A stretch of DNA of 64,000 nt from a virus (taxonomy: Duplodnaviria > Caudoviricetes), in IMG/VR virus record IMGVR_UViG_3300037067_015007, positions 25,321 through 89,320 of that record; one strand, 5' to 3'. Below are positions 58,327 through 64,000 of this stretch, one piece after another. A program made the position numbers and the translations under genes. The notes below the pieces were generated by a model. That model was not told the DNA's origin. It did no database searches and was given only the letters and a program-made list of their open reading frames with translations. Within the stretch, counting starts at the first letter, position 1. Every line of letters starts with the position of its first letter.

Positions 58327-58594
58327 GCTTTATCCATTCGGCACAATGCCACGTCTTGCTAAACAATCTATGACTGTTTTCAATCTTCGTAAAATCTCTC
58401 TTTATCATCATCCTTTTTTCTTTTAACAAACGCAAGTTACATTTAACCCATATCAATGAATACCCTCGCTTTTTATCAACATAATGCTTGCAGGATTTGC
58501 ATATGGCTTTTTGCTTATAGTTTTTAATCCCGCCATGCAGTATTACCCAAAGTTTAAATTTCCTATTCCAATATCCCAATGTATGCTTAGACAT
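58319..58594 (-). CDS. Cys4 array paralog 2
   Basis: GYWNRKFKLWVILHGG..CKSC..C..CAEWIKHV. Confidence 0.8.
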   Translation of the reverse strand: MSKHTLGYWNRKFKLWVILHGGIKNYKQKAICKSCKHYVDKKRGYSLIWVKCNLRLLKEKRMMIKRDFTKIENSHRLFSKTWHCAEWIKHV

Positions 58595-58838
58595 GCTTTA
58601 TCCATTCCGCACAAGCCCATACACTATTATAAAGTTTCTTTGAATATTGAACATCCTTAAAATCCCGCCGCACCATTATCCTATTCAAATTTCTTTTTAA
58701 TCTTGTACAATAACCACCACCATTATAGTTAGGACATTTACGACATACAATTCTTTGTTTATACTTGTTCATACCACCATGCAATACCACCCAAAGTCTG
58801 AACTTTCCACCCCAATATTCAGGTGTACGTCTAAGCAT
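58587..58838 (-). CDS. Cys4 array paralog 1
   Basis: PEYWGGKFRLWVVLHGG..CRKC..C..CAEWIKHV. Confidence 0.8.
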   Translation of the reverse strand: MLRRTPEYWGGKFRLWVVLHGGMNKYKQRIVCRKCPNYNGGGYCTRLKRNLNRIMVRRDFKDVQYSKKLYNSVWACAEWIKHV

Positions 58839-58911
58839 GAATAGACCCCATTTTTATGCTGTTTTGCAGGGCCAATTTATTACGCTTACAATATACCTTA
58901 CACATAAAAAT

Positions 58912-58940
58912 ATTATAGCATAATTTATACCTGTTGTCAA
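58912..58940 (-). promoter_or_regulatory. sigma70-type promoter driving the array
   Basis: TTGACA-17-TATAAT about 70 bp upstream of paralog 1. Confidence 0.85.
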
Positions 58941-59304
58941 GACCTTTTTGCCCCTACAAGATACCCTAGTTTGTCGATAGCAGAGTATATCAGAGTGATA
59001 TCATTTTGATATATCCTGCCATGTTCGGCCCATCCGTAATAGGTCAGGGCATTGTACATAGAACATATCCTAACAGGGTCATACTAAATTCTAGCCCCGC
59101 AGAAAAAAATAAAAATTTACTTCTTAACAATTTCTACTAGGTCTGAACAATTCGCAACCTGCTCATCTTGCATAATTTTTATACCTCTCGGCGGGGAAAA
59201 TCAATTCAGCAAAATTCTGCGTACAGTATATTCTAGAGCCAATCGCAATTCAGGTTCAATACTGCAAAATTGCACTCACACATATCTGTAATAGCAAAAG
59301 TCTC

Positions 59305-59399
59305 CGCAAAAACAAAAAGGGTCAGGACTGCTAACGGTCAACCCATTAGCACTCCTCACCCTTCTTGCGAGAGGTCAGAGACATGGCGTTCCCTGACCC
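59305..59399 (-). terminator. branched stem-loop followed by a U-tract (terminator or small structured RNA)
   Basis: GGGTCAGG/CCTGACCC closing stem with internal TGCTAA/TTAGCA hairpin, followed on the - strand by TTTTTGTTTTT. Confidence 0.5.
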
Positions 59400-59425
59400 C
59401 TCTATCTCAATTGGAGTCGAGATTC

Positions 59426-59626
59426 TTAATACTTCTCCACCGTGGCCTTGATGTCCTTGACGTACTGTTCAAGTTTCTCTTTGCTTGCGTCAAGTTGGGC
59501 CAACTCAGCATGAAACCTTTTCATGAACAGTTCTTTATCAGCCTCGTTCAGTTTCTTGGCGGCTTTCACAGCCTGACCCCACAACGCATCCATTTCATCA
59601 TCGAACTTTTCTTTGTCGGACTTCAT
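59426..59626 (-). CDS. small helical hypothetical protein
   Basis: GGAG SD; directly after the AAA gene. Confidence 0.6.
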   Translation of the reverse strand: MKSDKEKFDDEMDALWGQAVKAAKKLNEADKELFMKRFHAELAQLDASKEKLEQYVKDIKATVEKY

Positions 59627-59635
59627 GTTGCTCTC

Positions 59636-60967
59636 CTAGTCCAAGTCGGACAGCGTATGCCACTTGAAGAAAATCATGCCGTAGATATCCACGATGTTCT
59701 CGCCCGTTTCGGGGTTCTTCTCCATCTTGACGGCACCCGACTTCAGAGCCTTCTGAAAGCCCTTGTCGATTTTGTCAAGGATTTCAAGTTCGTCCTTGAT
59801 GTTGACGAGGAAGAGAATGGTCAGTTCCTCACGCTTGTCGTTGACATCCTTCGGGTTCTTCATATTGACGAAATACTGAAAGATGTCGAAGGCCTTATCG
59901 GGTGAGGTCTTGACAAGTTTTTCCTTGTTGATGAGTTCGTTGCCGACCTTCTGATTGGCGACCAACTGCAACTCCACACGGTCGAAGTACATCCCCTTCT
60001 TCAGAATGACATCGACATCGGGAATGTCCTTGGTGAATTCCTTGAAGGTTTCGAACTTGGCGGCACACGCCTGACCTACTGAATCGGAGATTGCATCGGC
60101 TTCCCTGCCGCCGTATTTGATTTTACGGGCCGACTTTTCCCACGACCTGAAGGTGGGGAAGTTGCCCTTGCCTTGGTCGAGCTTGTACAGAACATTCTTG
60201 TCCTGTTCCTTGTTGAACTGAAGGAAGGCGATAAGGGTTTCATCGTAGCCGTGCCCGTTCGCCATGTACTTGACAAAGCCATCGTAGTCGATATCGAGGG
60301 CGATATGGTCGAAACGGTTTTCAAGGGCGATGCTCATTTCGAAATGAACACCGCCATCTTCGGGACGGTTCCCCGCCGCAATCACGATACAGCGGTCGGG
60401 AAGGCGATAGTCGCCAACCTTGCGGTCGTTGATAAGTTGATAACCTGCGGACTGCACCATGTCCGAGGCCAACGGAAATTCGTCAAGCAGAAGGAAGATG
60501 GGATGCGTGGACTTGGGGTCGGGCAGGATGGAGTTGAAGCGGATGAACCCCGCCTTCATGTTGACGGTATCGTAGAAGGGCGCACCCTTGATTTCCACGG
60601 GGTCAACTTGGCTGAGGCGCACATCCATCAGGATGTAGCCTTCGCTGTGCTTGTCGAACTCCTTGGTTTCGGCGGCAGTATAGAAACTCCAATTCGAAGC
60701 GTCCCAAGGGCGATGCTTCATCAGCATCTTTTCGCTGTACATCGCCACCTTGTTGCCCTTGCCGTCATCGGTCGTGGCCTTCATCCAACTGTCCTTACAG
60801 ATGGACGCAAGAATCATGCTCTTGCCAATTCCTGGCGGCCCCCAAACGAAAGTGGGAATGTTGTGCTCTAGGTCTCCTGCCTCAACCGCCTTGCAACGAC
60901 CCGTCATCAGGTCAAGCAAGTGGTTGCGGTAGGCCTTCATGTTCAAACTACGAATTGTCATTGCCAT
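59636..60967 (-). CDS. MoxR-like / AAA_5 ATPase
   Basis: Walker A WGPPGIGKS, Walker B LLLDE, AAGNR, ALENRF, PTFRSWE. Confidence 0.9.
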   Translation of the reverse strand: MAMTIRSLNMKAYRNHLLDLMTGRCKAVEAGDLEHNIPTFVWGPPGIGKSMILASICKDSWMKATTDDGKGNKVAMYSEKMLMKHRPWDASNWSFYTAAETKEFDKHSEGYILMDVRLSQVDPVEIKGAPFYDTVNMKAGFIRFNSILPDPKSTHPIFLLLDEFPLASDMVQSAGYQLINDRKVGDYRLPDRCIVIAAGNRPEDGGVHFEMSIALENRFDHIALDIDYDGFVKYMANGHGYDETLIAFLQFNKEQDKNVLYKLDQGKGNFPTFRSWEKSARKIKYGGREADAISDSVGQACAAKFETFKEFTKDIPDVDVILKKGMYFDRVELQLVANQKVGNELINKEKLVKTSPDKAFDIFQYFVNMKNPKDVNDKREELTILFLVNIKDELEILDKIDKGFQKALKSGAVKMEKNPETGENIVDIYGMIFFKWHTLSDLD

Positions 60968-60987
60968 GTCTCGACTCCTTTGTTATG

Positions 60988-61182
60988 TTATTTTTCTTTA
61001 ATAAACAAACTCTTGCCGCAATAAGGGCAATGCTCAAAGCCGTTCACCAAGTTCTTGCTCAACCAATTGGATGTGGCTTCGATGCAGGGGATGTACCAAT
61101 TGGGCTTCACGTTTGCTTTCTTCAATGAATACTTGACATCCCACGCATTCGTCATAACCCATGTACAATCTTTCTTTTTCAT
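60988..61182 (-). CDS. small Zn-ribbon protein
   Basis: FEHCPYCGK; follows the promoter at 61189. Confidence 0.6.
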   Translation of the reverse strand: MKKKDCTWVMTNAWDVKYSLKKANVKPNWYIPCIEATSNWLSKNLVNGFEHCPYCGKSLFIKEK

Positions 61183-61188
61183 GTCTAT

Positions 61189-61217
61189 ATTATATCACAC
61201 TCTTTTGCGTTTGTCAA
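61189..61217 (-). promoter_or_regulatory. sigma70-type promoter
   Basis: TTGACA-17-TATAAT. Confidence 0.85.
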
Positions 61218-61362
61218 GCCCTCTATCCTTTATTTCGAAGTCCACCAACTCTTCCAACTTGTCCAAGTATGCGGTCAATGCCATGAACTTATCGTTGCCG
61301 CAGACGGGGCAGGTATTGGGATTGTCGTCAACCGCTCCGCACCTGTTACATGCTAGTTTCAT
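61195..61362 (-). CDS. small rubredoxin-like Zn-ribbon protein (55 aa)
   Basis: Hand translation MKLACNRCG...TCPVCG; GAGG SD; below the ORF-track cutoff. Confidence 0.6.
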   Translation of the reverse strand: MKLACNRCGAVDDNPNTCPVCGNDKFMALTAYLDKLEELVDFEIKDRGLDKRKRV

Positions 61363-61514
61363 CTTTATCCTCTATAAATATGGTCTCAACTAATGCAACG
61401 ATGATGGCAACGATGAGTAATCCTACCCACGCCCTTAATCCTCTATACCCCGCATGGCGCAACATACTCATGACCACGAATCCGATGAATAGGTTAACAA
61501 TAAACATTTTCATT

Positions 61515-61703
61515 TTACACCACCTTTTTTATTGCTTGATAGGGCACCTGCCAAATCTCACCATCATTCCTGATATAAGCCCAAAGGGTTGCGAAGGATA
61601 CAATCCTGCCGAATCGCAACTGTCGCCCCCAAAATCGTACCCGTTCGCCTTTGCGAAAAGTTACGACCCTGTTGCGACCCTTATACCTTACTGTTACTTT
61701 CAT
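61515..61703 (-). CDS. small SH3/KOW-like protein
   Basis: FRKGERVRFW....FGRIV. Confidence 0.5.
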   Translation of the reverse strand: MKVTVRYKGRNRVVTFRKGERVRFWGRQLRFGRIVSFATLWAYIRNDGEIWQVPYQAIKKVV

Positions 61704-61770
61704 TCCTCAATCCTGCTGAAGTGCCAATCCGTGAAGAACCATTTCAGAAAGTCCTTCACCATCTGCCACA

Positions 61771-62118
61771 TTACAGCACCTTGCCGCTGACGCACATATA
61801 CCCTTTGGAATACTTCAGATAGATATGGACTTGGCGGGTAATGTTGGGTATCTCCACGACCATTCCGATGGGCCGCTTGGTCGAACGGATGAACCTGACT
61901 TCGGCGGGAAGGAACGAGCGCATGACCTTTTCGTAGTCCTTCCAATCCTCATACTCATGCTCATCCAACCATCGGTTACGCAGGTTGTCCAACGTCAGGA
62001 TGAACTTCTTGCTGTTGCCAATCTCTCCGACATACTTCTTGTACGCATCGAGCTCGGCTTGGCTCAGGCTCCAAGATGAATACTGCTTCATGTTACTGCT
62101 CCTTCCTTTCGGTGGCAT
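61771..62118 (-). CDS. hypothetical protein
   Basis: GGAAGGAG SD before MKQYSSW; GC-rich codon usage like its neighbours. Confidence 0.6.
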   Translation of the reverse strand: MPPKGRSSNMKQYSSWSLSQAELDAYKKYVGEIGNSKKFILTLDNLRNRWLDEHEYEDWKDYEKVMRSFLPAEVRFIRSTKRPIGMVVEIPNITRQVHIYLKYSKGYMCVSGKVL

Positions 62119-62267
62119 TCAATATCTTCTCTAGATACTTGATGCGTTTCTTGTGCTCATCGCTCAACTTGATGCCGAGCGTCAGCAGGGTCTTGCGGCT
62201 CTCGTAGAGCATGCCGAGTTCTTCGGGCCACGATATCATCAGTCGTGAATAGACAGGCTTGCTCATC

Positions 62268-62582
62268 CTACTGCTCCTTGCTGAGCATGGCGTAGGGAAC
62301 ATTCCAATTGACATGCTGAACGGGTACGAACTGATTGCCCCTGCATTCAGTCTTGACGATGGCACGAGTGCGGTTCAACTTGGTGATGATACCGTGCTCG
62401 ACCCCACGCCGACCTTTGAAGAACACCTTGTCGCCCACGGCGTACTCTTCGTTGCCTTGGTTAGACTTGGCCCTGATGAACCCAACGATATATTTGTTGA
62501 GGTTGATGAGTTCATCGATGCCCATGCTCTTCACGATGTCCATGACCTGATTGACCTTATCGACCTTCAGTTCTTCGTTCAT
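62268..62582 (-). CDS. small SH3-like protein
   Basis: YAVGDKVFFKGRRGVEHGIITKLNRTRAIV; AAGGAG SD. Confidence 0.65.
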   Translation of the reverse strand: MNEELKVDKVNQVMDIVKSMGIDELINLNKYIVGFIRAKSNQGNEEYAVGDKVFFKGRRGVEHGIITKLNRTRAIVKTECRGNQFVPVQHVNWNVPYAMLSKEQ

Positions 62583-62593
62583 GTTATCTCTCC

Positions 62594-62905
62594 TTACTTT
62601 ACTATTGTAAGTTTAGTAACCCTGACAACTATCGGACTCCATTCCTGACCCTCACCAACGATGAAGGCATTGGTGCCCATGATGCTGAACAACTTACCCG
62701 TGCACTTGCCGAACCTCTTGGAGTTCCACGTAACCTTCATGTCGGGCTTGAACTGTTTGGCTACCTTCTTCTCACTCACCTTAATCTCTTCATCAAGCCA
62801 ATTGCGAAGAGCAACGAGTTCATTGTAACTGAACTGTCCATACTCTTGCATCTCTTTGATAGTGCGAGTGGCCCTTGCTATTGCTCTATTGTTTACATTG
62901 TTCAT
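62594..62905 (-). CDS. small SH3-like protein (paralog-like architecture to 62268)
   Basis: ELVALRNWLD helix, then FKPDMKVTW.SKRFGKCTGKL; start reset to ATG 62905 after the promoter. Confidence 0.6.
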   Translation of the reverse strand: MNNVNNRAIARATRTIKEMQEYGQFSYNELVALRNWLDEEIKVSEKKVAKQFKPDMKVTWNSKRFGKCTGKLFSIMGTNAFIVGEGQEWSPIVVRVTKLTIVK

Positions 62906-62911
62906 ACCCAC

Positions 62912-62940
62912 ATTGTACCATATAAGATTACACTTGTCAA
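62912..62940 (-). promoter_or_regulatory. sigma70-type promoter
   Basis: TTGACA-17-TACAAT. Confidence 0.75.
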
Positions 62941-62999
62941 GGCTGCTGTGAATTTTTCTACTGATAAGATTCAGTAACATTCAACCAGGGCTTAGGGGC

Positions 63000-63029
63000 T
63001 TGACAAGTGGTGGGGTAGTATGGTATAAT
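63000..63029 (+). promoter_or_regulatory. divergent sigma70-type promoter with no downstream + strand gene
   Basis: TTGACA-18-TATAAT, followed by G-runs. Confidence 0.6.
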
Positions 63030-63161
63030 GGGGGTAGGCGGGGGGTGCATAGGGGGAGGGGCCGCTATAGGGGTATATTGGTATAGGGTGGGCTTGGGCT
63101 TAGAGGGTGCTACCTTGGCAACAATTAAACCCGACACCACCCACTTTTTGCATAATCATAT

Positions 63162-63544
63162 AAGCATGCTTTTCGCCCCGTGTAATATTAGGTAATATTA
63201 ATAAGCATGCTTTCAGCCGCAAATTAATATTAGGTAATATTAATAAGCATGCTTTTCTTTCTAGAATATCTGCAATCGAAATAGTCAGGATTCAGGCATC
63301 CCTTGTCTCCGCATGCATGAGGGCAGATTATTTCAGGCTCTACGCACATATGAGGAACTTCAGGATGTTCTAGAGGGACTTTAGAAAGGTCTTTATATTC
63401 TTCTAATTTTGGAAGCATGCTTTTAGTCAATCATTCAAAAGCCAAGGGCCAATAACAAAAACCCCAAGCAAAAACCCTAGGATTGATATTAATAATCTAC
63501 CCCACCAAGATTCTAAAAAATTCAGTATTTTTATAAGCATGCTT
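63162..63544. repeat. five copies of the palindrome AAGCATGCTT plus a direct repeat TAATATTAGGTAATATTAATAAGCATGCTTT
   Basis: Copies at 63162, 63203, 63245, 63413 and 63535; direct repeat at about 63183 and 63225. Confidence 0.8.
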
Positions 63545-63547
63545 TTC

Positions 63548-63877
63548 TTATTCTTCCCAAAAATCACTATCATAATCTTCAGGGACGAACATTACTTCTA
63601 TGCTTATTTCCTTTTCAAATTCTCTGACAAAAATTTTAAATCCACCGACATCATGATAGATGAAATCAGGAAGTTCATAAAAGGCTTTAATGGCACTATC
63701 TACAAAGGATAAGACCCCTTCTTTTAATTGAGGGACAGTTGGCACTCCGTTTACTTGAAAATCTTCTCTGTTTATATGCCATTCCCAATTTAAAAAGGTC
63801 ATGATTTTATGAACCTTTTCCCAATCGAATTCTTCAATTAACTTTTCTTTGAATTTGTCAAAATCTTCTTTCTTCAT
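63548..63877 (-). CDS. hypothetical protein
   Basis: 109 aa with AAAAGGAG SD; FDWEKVHKIM..LNWEW. Confidence 0.65.
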   Translation of the reverse strand: MKKEDFDKFKEKLIEEFDWEKVHKIMTFLNWEWHINREDFQVNGVPTVPQLKEGVLSFVDSAIKAFYELPDFIYHDVGGFKIFVREFEKEISIEVMFVPEDYDSDFWEE

Positions 63878-64000
63878 GCTTTCTCCTTTTCATGATGTAT
63901 AAACATAGTCCGTAACGGTATAACTCGTACACCACAAGTCGCCCGTCCCGATTGTTCCTGACCCGCCGTAAGTAATTGAAGCGGTCGATGTTGAAGTTAC

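Larger units (their letters stand above)
53625..58838 (-). repeat. tandem array of 17 paralogous small Cys4 genes with a conserved junction repeat
   Basis: Recurrent junction consensus GAATGGATWAAGCATGTCTRA on the - strand (+ strand AGACATGCTTWATCCATTC) at about 56151, 56740, 57291, 57810, 58102, 58319 and 58587, with weaker copies elsewhere. Confidence 0.9.

Noticed and set aside
53625-58838. CRISPR array (recurrent AGACATGCTTWATCCATTC)
   Set aside because: The repeats are degenerate, encode the EWIKHV protein end, and are separated by 200-330 bp open reading frames. No cas genes were seen.
59319-59399. Hammerhead ribozyme
   Set aside because: It contains CTGA and hairpins, but the CUGANGA and GAAA core elements are not in the required order on either strand.
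59270-59905. 211-aa + strand ORF and other long antisense ORFs (60173-60871, 41009-41560, 9141-9620, 11374-11820)
   Set aside because: They are shadows of real genes on the opposite strand, with no SD or recognisable motifs.
1-64000. Stop-codon reassignment
   Set aside because: Long genes (up to 1495 aa) are intact in the standard code and pack tightly using TAA, TAG and TGA stops.
1-64000. tRNA or rRNA genes
   Set aside because: No cloverleaf with T-loop/D-loop consensus or rRNA-like tract was noticed by eye; tRNAscan-SE would be needed to exclude them.

Overview
This is a 64 kb segment of a large, AT-rich, T4-like (contractile-tailed) bacteriophage genome. All product names come from motif recognition by eye; no database search was run. 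From about 1.4 to 49.4 kb on the + strand lies a late structural module: tail terminator, sheath, four tube-like paralogs, tape measure with an M15-type peptidase, baseplate (gp53/27/5/25/6/7-like) and several fibre proteins with (Ser-Gly-X)n repeats. It ends in a block of three radical SAM enzymes, two His-rich octapeptide-repeat proteins and a glycosyltransferase. From 49.4 to 64 kb on the - strand lies an early/accessory region driven by near-consensus TTGACA-17-TATAAT promoters. Eleven free-standing homing-type endonucleases (5 HNH, 6 GIY-YIG) are scattered through the window. Three things stand out. (1) Eight of the endonuclease genes, from both families, share an upstream element: TAAATA, a three-way-junction RNA, and a hairpin loop that differs in every copy yet always pairs with the sequence at its own Shine-Dalgarno site (a covarying pseudoknot). 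(2) A tandem, translationally coupled array of 17 (+3 outlying) small paralogous Cys4 proteins has fixed ends and hypervariable middles. (3) A two-radical-SAM cluster next to His-Xaa-Ser/Thr-type repeat proteins looks like a RiPP-style modification system acting on virion proteins. No CRISPR array, reverse transcriptase, tRNA or rRNA was recognised.
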